In this document: positions 32,932 to 45,859 of the stretch, one piece after another
How positions within the stretch are numbered: the stretch's first letter is position 1
Layout of the letters: every line of letters starts with the position of its first letter
NCBI RefSeq assembly: GCF_003334785.1
Contig: NZ_QOWV01000001.1
Length of the DNA stretch: 64,000 bases
Direction: 5' to 3' (one strand)
Source: Escherichia coli
GTDB lineage: Bacteria > Pseudomonadota > Gammaproteobacteria > Enterobacterales > Enterobacteriaceae
Made by a program: the position numbers and the translations under genes
The notes under the pieces: generated by a model
Databases searched by the model: none
Told to the model about the DNA's origin: nothing
What the model saw: only the letters and a program-made list of their open reading frames with translations

Positions 32932-33310
32932 TATTTACTCCTTAAACAAGGACATTAGTCTACGCCAGGCATGGCTTGCAGACAAATATACCACGCTGGT
33001 GGCAAGAGCGCCTTACTGGCAACTTTGGATTTTGCATGCTAATAAAGTTGCGTATCGGATTTTATCAGGTACAGTGTGACGCTTTCGTCAATCTGGCAAT
33101 AGATTTGCTTGACATTCGACCAAAATTCCGTCGTGCTATAGCGCCTGTAGGCCAAGACCTGTTAACTCAGTCACCTGAATTTTCGTGAACAGAGTCACGA
33201 CAAGGGGTTGATATCCGCAGAGAGCGAGTCCATATCGGTAACTCGTTGCCAGTGGAAGGTTTATCAACGTGCGACGCATTCCTGGAAGAATCAAATTAGG
33301 TAAGGTGAAT

Positions 33311-35908
33311 ATGGGTAAAGCTCTTGTCATCGTTGAGTCCCCGGCAAAAGCCAAAACGATCAACAAGTATCTGGGTAGTGACTACGTGGTGAAATCCAGC
33401 GTCGGTCACATCCGCGATTTGCCGACCAGTGGCTCAGCTGCCAAAAAGAGTGCCGACTCTACCTCCACCAAGACGGCTAAAAAGCCTAAAAAGGATGAAC
33501 GTGGCGCTCTCGTCAACCGTATGGGGGTTGACCCGTGGCACAATTGGGAGGCGCACTATGAAGTGTTGCCTGGTAAAGAGAAGGTCGTCTCTGAACTGAA
33601 ACAACTGGCTGAAAAAGCCGACCACATCTATCTCGCAACCGACCTTGACCGCGAAGGGGAAGCCATTGCATGGCACCTGCGGGAAGTGATTGGGGGTGAT
33701 GATGCGCGCTATAGCCGAGTGGTGTTTAACGAAATTACTAAAAACGCGATCCGCCAGGCATTTAACAAACCGGGTGAGCTGAATATTGATCGTGTTAATG
33801 CCCAGCAGGCGCGTCGCTTTATGGACCGCGTGGTGGGGTATATGGTTTCGCCGCTGCTATGGAAAAAGATCGCTCGTGGTCTGTCTGCCGGTCGTGTGCA
33901 GTCGGTGGCGGTTCGCCTGGTGGTCGAGCGTGAGCGTGAAATTAAAGCGTTCGTGCCGGAAGAGTTCTGGGAAGTCGATGCCAGCACGACCACGCCATCT
34001 GGTGAAGCGTTGGCGTTACAGGTGACTCATCAGAACGACAAACCGTTCCGTCCGGTCAACAAAGAACAAACTCAGGCTGCGGTAAGTCTGCTGGAAAAAG
34101 CGCGCTACAGCGTGCTGGAACGTGAAGACAAACCGACAACCAGTAAACCTGGCGCTCCTTTTATTACCTCTACGCTGCAACAAGCTGCCAGCACCCGTCT
34201 TGGATTTGGCGTGAAAAAAACCATGATGATGGCGCAGCGTTTGTATGAAGCAGGCTATATCACTTACATGCGTACCGACTCCACTAACCTGAGTCAGGAC
34301 GCGGTAAATATGGTTCGCGGTTATATCAGCGATAATTTTGGTAAGAAATATCTGCCGGAAAGTCCGAATCAGTACGCCAGCAAAGAAAACTCACAGGAAG
34401 CGCACGAAGCGATTCGTCCTTCTGACGTCAATGTGATGGCGGAATCGCTGAAGGATATGGAAGCAGATGCGCAGAAACTGTACCAGTTAATCTGGCGTCA
34501 GTTCGTTGCCTGCCAGATGACCCCAGCGAAATATGACTCCACGACGCTGACCGTTGGTGCGGGCGATTTCCGCCTGAAAGCACGCGGTCGTATTTTGCGT
34601 TTTGATGGCTGGACAAAAGTGATGCCTGCGTTGCGTAAAGGCGATGAAGATCGCATCTTACCAGCAGTTAATAAAGGCGATGCTCTGACGCTCGTTGAAC
34701 TTACACCAGCCCAGCACTTTACCAAGCCGCCAGCCCGTTTCAGTGAAGCATCGCTGGTTAAAGAGCTGGAAAAACGCGGTATCGGTCGTCCGTCTACCTA
34801 TGCGTCGATCATTTCGACCATTCAGGATCGTGGCTACGTGCGAGTAGAAAATCGTCGTTTCTATGCGGAAAAAATGGGCGAAATCGTCACCGATCGCCTT
34901 GAAGAAAATTTCCGCGAGTTAATGAACTACGACTTTACCGCGCAGATGGAAAACAGCCTCGACCAGGTGGCAAATCACGAAGCAGAGTGGAAAGCTGTAC
35001 TGGATCACTTCTTCTCGGATTTCACCCAGCAGTTAGATAAAGCTGAAAAAGATCCGGAAGAGGGTGGTATGCGCCCGAACCAGATGGTTCTGACCAGCAT
35101 TGACTGCCCGACTTGTGGTCGCAAAATGGGGATTCGCACAGCGAGCACCGGGGTATTCCTTGGCTGTTCTGGCTATGCGCTGCCGCCGAAAGAGCGTTGC
35201 AAAACCACCATTAACCTGGTGCCGGAAAACGAAGTGCTGAACGTGCTGGAAGGCGAAGATGCTGAAACCAACGCGCTGCGCGCAAAACGTCGTTGCCCGA
35301 AATGCGGCACGGCGATGGACAGCTATCTCATCGATCCGAAACGTAAGTTGCATGTCTGTGGTAATAACCCAACCTGCGACGGTTACGAGATCGAAGAGGG
35401 CGAATTCCGCATTAAAGGTTATGACGGCCCGATCGTTGAGTGTGAAAAATGTGGCTCTGAAATGCACCTGAAAATGGGGCGTTTCGGTAAATACATGGCC
35501 TGCACCAACGAAGAGTGTAAAAACACACGTAAGATTTTACGTAACGGCGAAGTGGCACCACCGAAAGAAGATCCGGTGCCATTACCTGAGCTGCCGTGCG
35601 AAAAATCAGATGCTTATTTCGTGCTGCGTGACGGTGCTGCCGGTGTGTTCCTGGCTGCCAACACTTTCCCGAAATCGCGTGAAACGCGTGCGCCACTGGT
35701 GGAAGAGCTTTATCGCTTCCGCGACCGTCTGCCGGAAAAACTGCGTTATCTGGCCGATGCGCCACAGCAGGATCCGGAAGGTAATAAGACCATGGTTCGC
35801 TTTAGCCGTAAAACCAAACAGCAATATGTCTCTTCGGAAAAAGACGGAAAGGCGACTGGCTGGTCAGCATTTTATGTTGATGGCAAATGGGTTGAAGGAA
35901 AAAAATAA
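33311..35908 (+). CDS. topA: DNA topoisomerase I
   Basis: 865 aa from ATG 33311 ([31 protein letters not shown]); Toprim domain, three C-terminal Cys4 zinc ribbons. Confidence 0.97.
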   Translation: MGKALVIVESPAKAKTINKYLGSDYVVKSSVGHIRDLPTSGSAAKKSADSTSTKTAKKPKKDERGALVNRMGVDPWHNWEAHYEVLPGKEKVVSELKQLAEKADHIYLATDLDREGEAIAWHLREVIGGDDARYSRVVFNEITKNAIRQAFNKPGELNIDRVNAQQARRFMDRVVGYMVSPLLWKKIARGLSAGRVQSVAVRLVVEREREIKAFVPEEFWEVDASTTTPSGEALALQVTHQNDKPFRPVNKEQTQAAVSLLEKARYSVLEREDKPTTSKPGAPFITSTLQQAASTRLGFGVKKTMMMAQRLYEAGYITYMRTDSTNLSQDAVNMVRGYISDNFGKKYLPESPNQYASKENSQEAHEAIRPSDVNVMAESLKDMEADAQKLYQLIWRQFVACQMTPAKYDSTTLTVGAGDFRLKARGRILRFDGWTKVMPALRKGDEDRILPAVNKGDALTLVELTPAQHFTKPPARFSEASLVKELEKRGIGRPSTYASIISTIQDRGYVRVENRRFYAEKMGEIVTDRLEENFRELMNYDFTAQMENSLDQVANHEAEWKAVLDHFFSDFTQQLDKAEKDPEEGGMRPNQMVLTSIDCPTCGRKMGIRTASTGVFLGCSGYALPPKERCKTTINLVPENEVLNVLEGEDAETNALRAKRRCPKCGTAMDSYLIDPKRKLHVCGNNPTCDGYEIEEGEFRIKGYDGPIVECEKCGSEMHLKMGRFGKYMACTNEECKNTRKILRNGEVAPPKEDPVPLPELPCEKSDAYFVLRDGAAGVFLAANTFPKSRETRAPLVEELYRFRDRLPEKLRYLADAPQQDPEGNKTMVRFSRKTKQQYVSSEKDGKATGWSAFYVDGKWVEGKK

Positions 35909-35939
35909 CCTTTAATTCTGTCAGGTTTTTATAAACAAA

Positions 35940-35964
35940 GGGTCGCGAAAGCGGCCCTTTTTTA
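35940..35964 (+). terminator. Rho-independent terminator after topA
   Basis: gggtcgc GAAA gcggccc hairpin followed by TTTTTT. Confidence 0.85.
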
Positions 35965-36093
35965 TTGCATATTATTTTTTCTTCACACCTATACACTAAG
36001 GCTATAAATGATATAGTGGTTATAGTTAGCACCTTTTTTATTATTAAATCGTATTAGTCACCCGCCAGGTGTGACGAAAAAACGATGTTCTGA

Positions 36094-37092
<999 letters not shown>

Positions 37093-37422
37093 TTTCTTGC
37101 GTTATTTTCGGCACCTTTTATGTAGCGAAGGTGCCGGAATATATTCTCTTTTGTTACTTATTTCTATACCGTGCACAATATTTTTATCCCTCATATTTAT
37201 AGGGTAAATTACCTGTAAAGTAGTGTCTAATTACCCGCCTCGCAAACTCCAGTTTTCAAATATCTATTTCAGGTCAAAAGATTGAATTATTCACTGGAGA
37301 CGATTCGTAAATTCGCTGGATTTTTGACTAAAGTTTCTTTAGGATTTGTCTCATCGTATGATTAATTACACCAATCGTTCAACGTCTTGCTGATAAGTGA
37401 TGGCGATTATATGAGGTTAGCA

Positions 37423-37551
37423 ATGCCTTCTGGAAATCAGGAACCCCGCCGCGATCCTGAATTAAAACGTAAAGCCTGGCTGGCGGTTTTTCTTGGTTCT
37501 GCACTTTTCTGGGTGGTTGTCGCACTGCTGATTTGGAAAGTGTGGGGATAA
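37423..37551 (+). CDS. ymiA: Small membrane protein YmiA (42 aa; 46 aa if ATG 37411 is used)
   Basis: ATG 37423 with GAGG SD 6 nt upstream; MPSGNQEPRRDPELKRKAWLAVFLGSALFWVVVALLIWKVWG, one TM helix; too short for the ORF track. Confidence 0.5.
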   Translation: MPSGNQEPRRDPELKRKAWLAVFLGSALFWVVVALLIWKVWG

Positions 37552-37553
37552 CT

Positions 37554-37721
37554 ATGGTCGGTCAGGAGCAACTGGAGTCGTCACCATTATGCCAGCATAG
37601 TGACAATGAAACAGAAACGAAACGGGAATGTTCCGTCGTTATTCCAGACGACTGGCAACTAACATCGCAGCAGCAAGCCTTTATAGAACTGTTTGCTGAA
37701 GATGATCAGCCGAAACAATAA
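37554..37721 (+). CDS. yciX: Small acidic protein YciX (55 aa)
   Basis: ATG 37554 three nt after ymiA stop with GGGGA SD; MVGQEQLESSPLCQHSDNETETKRE...; ORF-track start 37533 is a TTG extension. Confidence 0.5.
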   Translation: MVGQEQLESSPLCQHSDNETETKRECSVVIPDDWQLTSQQQAFIELFAEDDQPKQ

Positions 37722-37834
37722 TTATCATCATTCTTATTACCCATTTTTAATGAATTAAAGGGCTTTTAATACACCGCAGCAATAACAGCTTGAGTTATCT
37801 CAACACAAAATAATAACCGTTAAGGGTGTAGCCT

Positions 37835-37930
37835 ATGATCAACACAAATATGAAATATTGGTCCTGGATGGGCGCGTTTTCTCTGTCGATGCTCTTCTGG
37901 GCCGAACTCCTCTGGATCATTACTCACTGA
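37835..37930 (+). CDS. Candidate 31-aa Trp-rich hydrophobic small protein (possibly YmiC)
   Basis: ATG 37835 to TGA 37928-37930, MINTNMKYWSWMGAFSLSMLFWAELLWIITH; followed by a hairpin plus T-tract; weak SD. Confidence 0.35.
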   Translation: MINTNMKYWSWMGAFSLSMLFWAELLWIITH

Positions 37931-37936
37931 TCCTTG

Positions 37937-37967
37937 ACCCCGCTGCGGCGGGGTTGTCATTTGCTTT
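37937..37967 (+). terminator. Putative rho-independent terminator upstream of the acnA promoter
   Basis: ccccgc tgcg gcgggg hairpin followed by ttgtcatttgcttt. Confidence 0.55.
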
Positions 37968-38093
37968 GCCACAAGGTTTCTCCTCTTTTATCAATTTGGG
38001 TTGTTATCAAATCGTTACGCGATGTTTGTGTTATCTTTAATATTCACCCTGAAGAGAATCAGGGCTTCGCAACCCTGTCATTAAGGAGGAGCT

Positions 38094-40769
38094 ATGTCGT
38101 CAACCCTACGAGAAGCCAGTAAGGACACGTTGCAGGCCAAAGATAAAACTTACCACTACTACAGCCTGCCGCTTGCTGCTAAATCACTGGGCGATATCAC
38201 CCGTCTACCCAAGTCACTCAAAGTTTTGCTCGAAAACCTGCTGCGCTGGCAGGATGGTAACTCGGTTACCGAAGAGGATATCCACGCGCTGGCAGGATGG
38301 CTGAAAAATGCCCATGCTGACCGTGAAATTGCCTACCGCCCGGCAAGGGTGCTGATGCAGGACTTTACCGGCGTACCTGCCGTTGTTGATCTGGCGGCAA
38401 TGCGCGAAGCGGTTAAACGCCTCGGCGGCGATACTGCAAAGGTTAACCCGCTCTCACCGGTCGACCTGGTCATTGACCACTCGGTGACCGTCGATCGTTT
38501 TGGTGATGATGAGGCATTTGAAGAAAACGTACGCCTGGAAATGGAGCGCAACCACGAACGTTATGTGTTCCTGAAATGGGGAAAGCAAGCGTTCAGTCGG
38601 TTTAGCGTCGTGCCGCCAGGCACAGGCATTTGCCATCAGGTTAACCTCGAATATCTCGGCAAAGCAGTGTGGAGTGAATTGCAGGACGGTGAATGGATTG
38701 CTTATCCGGATACACTCGTTGGTACTGACTCGCACACCACCATGATCAACGGCCTTGGCGTGCTGGGGTGGGGCGTTGGTGGGATCGAAGCAGAAGCCGC
38801 AATGTTAGGCCAGCCGGTTTCCATGCTTATCCCGGATGTAGTGGGCTTCAAACTTACCGGAAAATTACGTGAAGGTATTACCGCCACAGACCTGGTTCTC
38901 ACTGTTACCCAAATGCTGCGCAAACATGGCGTGGTGGGGAAATTCGTCGAATTTTATGGTGATGGTCTGGATTCACTACCGTTGGCGGATCGCGCCACCA
39001 TTGCCAATATGTCGCCAGAATATGGTGCCACCTGTGGCTTCTTCCCAATCGATGCTGTAACCCTCGATTACATGCGTTTAAGCGGGCGCAGCGAAGATCA
39101 GGTCGAGTTGGTCGAAAAATATGCCAAAGCGCAGGGCATGTGGCGTAACCCGGGCGATGAACCAATTTTTACCAGTACGTTAGAACTGGATATGAATGAC
39201 GTTGAAGCGAGCCTGGCAGGGCCTAAACGCCCACAGGATCGCGTTGCACTGCCCGATGTACCAAAAGCATTTGCCGCCAGTAACGAACTGGAAGTGAATG
39301 CCACGCATAAAGATCGCCAGCCGGTCGATTATGTTATGAACGGACATCAGTATCAGTTACCTGATGGCGCTGTGGTCATTGCTGCGATAACCTCGTGCAC
39401 CAACACCTCTAACCCAAGTGTGCTGATGGCCGCAGGCTTGCTGGCGAAAAAAGCCGTAACTCTGGGCCTCAAGCGGCAACCATGGGTCAAAGCGTCGCTG
39501 GCACCGGGTTCGAAAGTCGTTTCTGATTATCTGGCAAAAGCGAAACTGACACCGTATCTCGACGAACTGGGGTTTAACCTTGTGGGATACGGTTGTACCA
39601 CCTGTATTGGTAACTCTGGGCCGCTGCCCGATCCTATCGAAACGGCAATCAAAAAAGGCGATTTAACCGTCGGTGCGGTGCTGTCCGGCAACCGTAACTT
39701 TGAAGGCCGTATCCATCCGCTGGTTAAAACTAACTGGCTGGCCTCGCCGCCGCTGGTGGTTGCCTATGCGCTGGCGGGAAATATGAATATCAACCTGGCT
39801 TCTGAGCCTATCGGCCATGATCGCAAAGGCGATCCGGTTTATCTGAAAGATATCTGGCCATCGGCACAAGAAATTGCCCGTGCGGTAGAACAAGTCTCCA
39901 CAGAAATGTTCCGCAAAGAGTACGCAGAAGTTTTTGAAGGCACAGCAGAGTGGAAGGGAATTAACGTCACACGATCCGATACCTACGGTTGGCAGGAGGA
40001 CTCAACCTATATTCGCTTATCGCCTTTCTTTGATGAAATGCAGGCAACACCAGCACCAGTGGAAGATATTCACGGTGCGCGGATCCTCGCAATGCTGGGG
40101 GATTCAGTCACCACTGACCATATCTCTCCGGCGGGCAGTATTAAGCCCGACAGCCCAGCGGGTCGATATCTACAAGGTCGGGGTGTTGAGCGAAAAGACT
40201 TTAACTCCTACGGTTCGCGGCGTGGTAACCATGAAGTGATGATGCGCGGCACCTTCGCCAATATTCGCATCCGTAATGAAATGGTGCCTGGCGTTGAAGG
40301 GGGGATGACGCGGCATTTACCTGACAGCGACGTAGTCTCTATTTATGATGCTGCGATGCGCTATAAGCAGGAGCAAACGCCGCTGGCGGTGATTGCCGGG
40401 AAAGAGTATGGATCAGGCTCCAGTCGTGACTGGGCGGCAAAAGGTCCGCGTCTGCTTGGTATTCGTGTGGTGATTGCCGAATCGTTTGAACGAATTCACC
40501 GTTCGAATTTAATTGGCATGGGCATCCTGCCGCTGGAATTTCCGCAAGGCGTAACGCGTAAAACGTTAGGGCTAACCGGGGAAGAGAAGATTGATATTGG
40601 CGATCTGCAAAACCTACAACCCGGCGCGACGGTTCCGGTGACGCTTACGCGCGCGGATGGTAGCCAGGAAGTCGTACCCTGCCGTTGTCGTATCGACACC
40701 GCGACGGAGTTGACCTACTACCAGAACGACGGCATTTTGCATTATGTCATTCGTAATATGTTGAAGTAA
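38094..40769 (+). CDS. acnA: Aconitate hydratase A
   Basis: 891 aa [35 protein letters not shown]...; Fe-S cluster cysteines. Confidence 0.97.
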   Translation: MSSTLREASKDTLQAKDKTYHYYSLPLAAKSLGDITRLPKSLKVLLENLLRWQDGNSVTEEDIHALAGWLKNAHADREIAYRPARVLMQDFTGVPAVVDLAAMREAVKRLGGDTAKVNPLSPVDLVIDHSVTVDRFGDDEAFEENVRLEMERNHERYVFLKWGKQAFSRFSVVPPGTGICHQVNLEYLGKAVWSELQDGEWIAYPDTLVGTDSHTTMINGLGVLGWGVGGIEAEAAMLGQPVSMLIPDVVGFKLTGKLREGITATDLVLTVTQMLRKHGVVGKFVEFYGDGLDSLPLADRATIANMSPEYGATCGFFPIDAVTLDYMRLSGRSEDQVELVEKYAKAQGMWRNPGDEPIFTSTLELDMNDVEASLAGPKRPQDRVALPDVPKAFAASNELEVNATHKDRQPVDYVMNGHQYQLPDGAVVIAAITSCTNTSNPSVLMAAGLLAKKAVTLGLKRQPWVKASLAPGSKVVSDYLAKAKLTPYLDELGFNLVGYGCTTCIGNSGPLPDPIETAIKKGDLTVGAVLSGNRNFEGRIHPLVKTNWLASPPLVVAYALAGNMNINLASEPIGHDRKGDPVYLKDIWPSAQEIARAVEQVSTEMFRKEYAEVFEGTAEWKGINVTRSDTYGWQEDSTYIRLSPFFDEMQATPAPVEDIHGARILAMLGDSVTTDHISPAGSIKPDSPAGRYLQGRGVERKDFNSYGSRRGNHEVMMRGTFANIRIRNEMVPGVEGGMTRHLPDSDVVSIYDAAMRYKQEQTPLAVIAGKEYGSGSSRDWAAKGPRLLGIRVVIAESFERIHRSNLIGMGILPLEFPQGVTRKTLGLTGEEKIDIGDLQNLQPGATVPVTLTRADGSQEVVPCRCRIDTATELTYYQNDGILHYVIRNMLK

Positions 40770-40775
40770 CAACTA

Positions 40776-40810
40776 TTTGCTTGCCGGTTATTTTGCTTCC
40801 GGCAAGCAAA
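40776..40810. terminator. Hairpin between convergent acnA and ribA
   Basis: tttgcttgccgg / ccggcaagcaaa 12-bp inverted repeat with 11-nt T-rich loop. Confidence 0.65.
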
Positions 40811-40832
40811 TGAATTACACAATGCAAGAGGG

Positions 40833-41423
40833 TTATTTGTTCAGCAAATGGCCCATTTTCTCGGCTTTGGTATCGAGATAATGTTCGTTATTGGGGTTAC
40901 GACCTACAATCAATGGTACGCGTTCAACAATATTAATCCCTGCTTCGGTCAGAATTTCGACTTTTTTCGGGTTATTGGTTAACAAGCGGACTTCATTGAC
41001 GCCAAGGAGTTTGAACATATCAGCGCAAAGAGTGAAGTCGCGCTCATCAGCGGCGAAGCCTAACTGGTGGTTAGCCTCTACGGTATCGTAACCTTGATCC
41101 TGCAGTGCGTAAGCGCGGATTTTATTCAGCAGACCAATGTTACGACCTTCCTGACGGTGATACAGCAAAATACCACGGCCTTCCTCGGCAATTTGCGTCA
41201 ATGCCGCTTCGAGCTGGAAGCCACAATCGCAGCGCAAGCTGAACAGGGCGTCACCGGTCAGACATTCGGAATGGACGCGCGCAAGTACCGGGGTATGCCC
41301 GGAAATATCGCCATAGACTAGCGCGACATGATCGTGTCCGGTTGCCAGTTCTTCAAATCCCACCATCAGGAAATCGCCCCATGGGGTTGGCAGTTTGGCT
41401 TCTGCCACACGTTTAAGCTGCAT
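40833..41423 (-). CDS. ribA: GTP cyclohydrolase II
   Basis: 196 aa from ATG 41423 ([18 protein letters not shown]...); Zn-binding CDCGFQ motif. Confidence 0.95.
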
Positions 41424-41592
41424 GAAATTCTCCAGATAATGCTGGTTCTGTATTGGCTTATTTTGCCATAACGAGAAGGGGTTCACCTAATCACGACGCG
41501 TCGATCGTTCACGGAATGGCACAAATCTGTCAATTTTTCCTGGAACTGGCGTTTTCAGTTATGATTGTGGGACTTATCAAAAAGGAGAGGCC

Positions 41593-42357
41593 ATGCGTTC
41601 GATTGCCAGACGTACCGCAGTGGGAGCTGCACTATTGCTTGTCATGCCAGTAGCCGTATGGATTTCTGGCTGGCGTTGGCAACCTGGAGAACAAAGTTGG
41701 CTACTAAAAGCGGCTTTTTGGGTTACTGAAACTGTCACCCAGCCCTGGGGCGTCATTACACATTTGATTTTATTCGGCTGGTTTCTCTGGTGTCTGCGTT
41801 TTCGCATTAAGGCTGCCTTTGTATTATTTGCCATTCTGGCGGCCGCAATCCTTGTGGGACAAGGCGTTAAATCCTGGATCAAAGACAAAGTCCAGGAACC
41901 ACGACCTTTTGTTATCTGGCTGGAAAAAACACATCATATTCCGGTTGATGAGTTCTACACTTTAAAGCGAGCAGAACGCGGAAATCTAGTGAAAGAACAG
42001 TTGGCTGAAGAGAAAAATATCCCACAATATTTGCGTTCACACTGGCAGAAAGAGACGGGGTTTGCCTTTCCTTCCGGTCACACGATGTTTGCTGCCAGTT
42101 GGGCACTGCTGGCCGTTGGTTTGCTGTGGCCGCGTCGGCGAACGTTAACCATTGCTATCTTGCTGGTCTGGGCAACGGGAGTCATGGGAAGCCGCCTGCT
42201 GCTCGGGATGCATTGGCCACGCGATCTGGTAGTAGCTACGTTGATTTCGTGGGCGCTGGTGGCGGTGGCAACGTGGCTTGCGCAACGAATTTGTGGGCCA
42301 TTAACACCACCTGCGGAAGAAAATCGCGAAATAGCGCAACGAGAACAAGAAAGTTAA
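41593..42357 (+). CDS. pgpB: Phosphatidylglycerophosphatase B (PAP2 family)
   Basis: 254-aa membrane ORF with PAP2 motifs (PSGH, SRLLLGMHWPRD). Confidence 0.94.
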   Translation: MRSIARRTAVGAALLLVMPVAVWISGWRWQPGEQSWLLKAAFWVTETVTQPWGVITHLILFGWFLWCLRFRIKAAFVLFAILAAAILVGQGVKSWIKDKVQEPRPFVIWLEKTHHIPVDEFYTLKRAERGNLVKEQLAEEKNIPQYLRSHWQKETGFAFPSGHTMFAASWALLAVGLLWPRRRTLTIAILLVWATGVMGSRLLLGMHWPRDLVVATLISWALVAVATWLAQRICGPLTPPAEENREIAQREQES

Positions 42358-42505
42358 CGCTGGTTGATTTTCCGAATTTAGCCCTTAAATCATCAACAAT
42401 GCGTGTGGATGCCATTTCGCAGACGGCGCGAAAATGGTACTTTAAAGGGCTATTGCGGTAAGTTGACCATAATTTATTCGCTCTAACCACATAACGGGAA
42501 GTAAT

Positions 42506-42814
42506 GTGAAATATTTACTCATTTTCTTACTGGTGTTAGCGATCTTCGTGATTTCGGTCACGTTGGGTGCGCAGAACGATCAACAGGTGACGTTTAATTA
42601 TCTGTTAGCGCAAGGGGAGTACCGTATTTCCACATTGCTGGCGGTATTGTTTGCTGCGGGGTTTGCTATCGGTTGGTTGATTTGTGGCCTGTTCTGGCTG
42701 CGAGTTCGTGTTTCCCTGGCGCGCGCTGAACGTAAAATAAAGCGACTGGAAAACCAGCTTTCACCCGCGACTGACGTGGCTGTAGTGCCGCACTCGTCAG
42801 CGGCGAAGGAATAA
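42506..42814 (+). CDS. lapA: LPS assembly protein LapA (YciS)
   Basis: 102 aa, GTG start, two TM helices. Confidence 0.88.
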   Translation: MKYLLIFLLVLAIFVISVTLGAQNDQQVTFNYLLAQGEYRISTLLAVLFAAGFAIGWLICGLFWLRVRVSLARAERKIKRLENQLSPATDVAVVPHSSAAKE

Positions 42815-42820
42815 CTTTCT

Positions 42821-43990
42821 ATGCTGGAGTTGTTGTTTCTGCTTTTGCCTGTAGCCGCTGCCTATGGCTGGTATATGGGCCGCAGAAGTGCGCAACAAAA
42901 CAAGCAAGATGAAGCCAACCGCTTGTCGCGTGATTACGTAGCGGGGGTTAACTTCCTGCTTAGTAATCAACAGGATAAAGCGGTAGACCTGTTTCTCGAT
43001 ATGCTTAAAGAGGATACAGGCACCGTTGAAGCCCACCTTACGCTCGGAAACCTGTTCCGTTCGCGTGGCGAAGTTGATCGCGCTATTCGCATCCATCAGA
43101 CCCTAATGGAAAGCGCCTCGCTGACCTATGAACAGCGTCTGTTGGCGATTCAACAACTGGGGCGTGATTACATGGCCGCCGGGTTATATGACCGCGCGGA
43201 AGACATGTTCAATCAGCTGACCGATGAAACTGACTTCCGCATTGGCGCGCTGCAACAGTTGCTACAAATCTACCAGGCTACCAGTGAGTGGCAGAAAGCA
43301 ATTGATGTTGCCGAACGCCTGGTGAAGCTGGGTAAAGATAAACAGCGCGTCGAAATTGCCCATTTCTACTGTGAGTTAGCCCTGCAGCATATGGCCAGCG
43401 ACGATCTCGATCGTGCCATGACCTTGCTAAAAAAAGGGGCGGCGGCAGATAAAAACAGCGCCCGCGTATCCATAATGATGGGACGCGTGTTTATGGCGAA
43501 AGGAGAATACGCCAAAGCCGTCGAAAGTCTGCAACGCGTGATATCCCAGGACAGAGAACTGGTCAGCGAAACGCTGGAAATGTTGCAAACCTGCTATCAG
43601 CAGTTGGGTAAAACTGCCGAATGGGCAGAATTCCTGCAGCGTGCGGTGGAAGAGAACACCGGTGCCGATGCTGAATTGATGCTTGCTGATATCATCGAAG
43701 CGCGCGACGGTAGTGAGGCCGCACAGGTCTATATTACGCGCCAGCTTCAGCGTCATCCGACCATGCGTGTGTTCCATAAGTTAATGGATTACCACTTAAA
43801 TGAAGCGGAAGAAGGGCGTGCCAAAGAGAGCCTGATGGTGCTGCGTGACATGGTTGGCGAGAAGGTACGTAGTAAGCCTCGTTATCGTTGCCAGAAATGT
43901 GGTTTTACCGCATACACCCTCTACTGGCATTGTCCGTCTTGTCGGGCCTGGTCAACCATTAAACCGATTCGCGGTCTTGATGGCCTGTAA
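42821..43990 (+). CDS. lapB: LPS assembly / LpxC-regulating TPR protein LapB (YciM)
   Basis: 389 aa; N-terminal TM, TPR repeats, C-terminal rubredoxin-like CQKCGF...CPSC motif. Confidence 0.94.
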   Translation: MLELLFLLLPVAAAYGWYMGRRSAQQNKQDEANRLSRDYVAGVNFLLSNQQDKAVDLFLDMLKEDTGTVEAHLTLGNLFRSRGEVDRAIRIHQTLMESASLTYEQRLLAIQQLGRDYMAAGLYDRAEDMFNQLTDETDFRIGALQQLLQIYQATSEWQKAIDVAERLVKLGKDKQRVEIAHFYCELALQHMASDDLDRAMTLLKKGAAADKNSARVSIMMGRVFMAKGEYAKAVESLQRVISQDRELVSETLEMLQTCYQQLGKTAEWAEFLQRAVEENTGADAELMLADIIEARDGSEAAQVYITRQLQRHPTMRVFHKLMDYHLNEAEEGRAKESLMVLRDMVGEKVRSKPRYRCQKCGFTAYTLYWHCPSCRAWSTIKPIRGLDGL

Positions 43991-44183
43991 TTTTTAAAAA
44001 AAATCCGACTTTAGTTACAACATACTAATTATTAATGTTCCATTGTGCTCCGGCAACGACGGCGCAGAAAAAGCCTACCAGGGGAGAAATCGCAACTGTT
44101 AATTTTTTATTTCCACGGGTAGAATGCTCGCCGTTTACCTGTTTCGCGCCACTTCCGGTGCCCATCATCAAGAAGGTCTGGTC

Positions 44184-44921
44184 ATGACGTTAACTGCTTC
44201 ATCTTCTTCCCGCGCTGTTACGAATTCTCCTGTGGTTGTTGCCCTTGATTATCATAATCGTGATGACGCGCTGGCCTTTGTCGACAAGATCGACCCACGC
44301 GATTGTCGTCTGAAGGTCGGCAAAGAGATGTTTACATTGTTTGGGCCACAGTTTGTGCGCGAACTTCAACAGCGTGGTTTTGATATCTTTCTTGACCTGA
44401 AATTCCACGATATCCCCAACACTGCAGCGCACGCTGTCGCTGCTGCAGCTGACTTAGGCGTGTGGATGGTGAATGTTCATGCCTCTGGTGGGGCGCGTAT
44501 GATGACCGCAGCGCGTGAGGCACTGGTTCCGTTTGGCAAAGATGCACCGCTTTTGATTGCTGTGACAGTGTTGACCAGCATGGAAGCCAGCGACCTGGTC
44601 GATCTTGGCATGACACTGTCACCTGCAGATTATGCAGAACGTCTGGCGGCACTGACGCAAAAATGTGGCCTTGATGGTGTGGTGTGTTCTGCTCAGGAAG
44701 CTGTGCGCTTTAAACAGGTATTCGGTCAGGAGTTCAAACTGGTTACGCCGGGCATTCGTCCGCAGGGGAGTGAAGCTGGTGACCAGCGCCGCATTATGAC
44801 GCCAGAACAGGCGTTGTCGGCTGGTGTTGATTATATGGTGATTGGTCGCCCGGTAACGCAATCGGTAGATCCAGCGCAGACGCTGAAAGCGATCAACGCC
44901 TCTTTACAGCGGAGTGCATGA
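44184..44921 (+). CDS. pyrF: Orotidine-5'-phosphate decarboxylase
   Basis: 245 aa from ATG 44184 ([25 protein letters not shown]...). Confidence 0.95.
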   Translation: MTLTASSSSRAVTNSPVVVALDYHNRDDALAFVDKIDPRDCRLKVGKEMFTLFGPQFVRELQQRGFDIFLDLKFHDIPNTAAHAVAAAADLGVWMVNVHASGGARMMTAAREALVPFGKDAPLLIAVTVLTSMEASDLVDLGMTLSPADYAERLAALTQKCGLDGVVCSAQEAVRFKQVFGQEFKLVTPGIRPQGSEAGDQRRIMTPEQALSAGVDYMVIGRPVTQSVDPAQTLKAINASLQRSA

Positions 44922-45247
44922 TGAGTGATTCCAACAGCCGTCTGGTCTACTCAACGGAAACCGGACGTATTGATGAGCCCAAAGCGGCCCCTGTACGCCC
45001 TAAAGGCGACGGTGTGGTGCGTATTCAGCGTCAGACCAGTGGACGTAAAGGTAAGGGCGTTTGCCTGATTACCGGTGTCGATCTCGATGATGCCGAACTG
45101 ACAAAACTTGCAGCGGAACTGAAGAAAAAATGCGGCTGCGGCGGAGCAGTTAAAGATGGAGTTATTGAAATCCAGGGCGATAAGCGTGATTTATTAAAAT
45201 CACTACTTGAAGCGAAAGGGATGAAGGTAAAACTCGCAGGCGGTTAA
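44921..45247 (+). CDS. yciH: SUI1/eIF1-like translation initiation factor YciH
   Basis: 108 aa [21 protein letters not shown]...; start overlaps pyrF stop. Confidence 0.9.
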   Translation: MSDSNSRLVYSTETGRIDEPKAAPVRPKGDGVVRIQRQTSGRKGKGVCLITGVDLDDAELTKLAAELKKKCGCGGAVKDGVIEIQGDKRDLLKSLLEAKGMKVKLAGG

Positions 45248-45252
45248 CATAA

Positions 45253-45279
45253 AAAGCCACGGATATATCCGTGGCTTTC
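45253..45279. terminator. Terminator hairpin after yciH (also downstream of convergent osmB)
   Basis: Perfect palindrome agccacggatat/atccgtggct followed by ttcgaatatttt. Confidence 0.75.
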
Positions 45280-45372
45280 GAATATTTTACTGTGCGTATT
45301 ATTCAGTTATTTCGTACTGAACAGAATCAAGCGTATTATAATTGCGAGTCGATAATCGACATTTATTTACGA

Positions 45373-45591
45373 TTATTTACCGACCTGGTGACCAATAACA
45401 CCACCGACAGCTGCACCACCTAATGTACCCAACGTACTGCCATCGGTCAGTACTGCACCGCCTAATGCCCCTGCACCCGCGCCGATTGCGGTGTTGCGGT
45501 CCCGTTTAGACCAGTTAGAACAGGCACTCAGAGACATTGCCAAAGTAATTGCCAGAACAGCCGCGGTCATTTTTTTGCTCGTTACAAACAT
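45373..45591 (-). CDS. osmB: Osmotically inducible lipoprotein B
   Basis: 72 aa; lipobox LSAC, Gly-rich mature region. Confidence 0.95.
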   Translation of the reverse strand: MFVTSKKMTAAVLAITLAMSLSACSNWSKRDRNTAIGAGAGALGGAVLTDGSTLGTLGGAAVGGVIGHQVGK

Positions 45592-45859
45592 AATACTCTC
45601 TCCTGAATTTATGATTCACGGAAGTAAGCTCTCTATAACTATAATAGCTAAGAATAAGCCTGGTGAAATTATTCCGTGAAATCTGCTCGCGCGCAGGGTT
45701 ATATCACGCAGGTGATAATGACTTCCTGTTATATCGCTGATAATAATTTTATATCTTGAGAGTGTTAATAACAGGTAAATAGTCTTAATTATCAACCAGG
45801 AATCATCTTAGAGCGGATGATTTGCCAAACTGCAAATCATCCGTAGAGAAGGGAAATGG

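Noticed and set aside
32976-33188. 70-aa plus-strand ORF between yciN and topA
   Set aside because: Falls in the known multi-promoter region of topA; no SD and no recognisable protein features.
37858-38122. ORF-track ORFs 37858..38040 and 37934..38122 upstream of acnA
   Set aside because: They read through the hairpin/T-tract terminator and the acnA promoter in other frames; the 31-aa ATG ORF at 37835 followed by the terminator is the more coherent reading, though still unproven.
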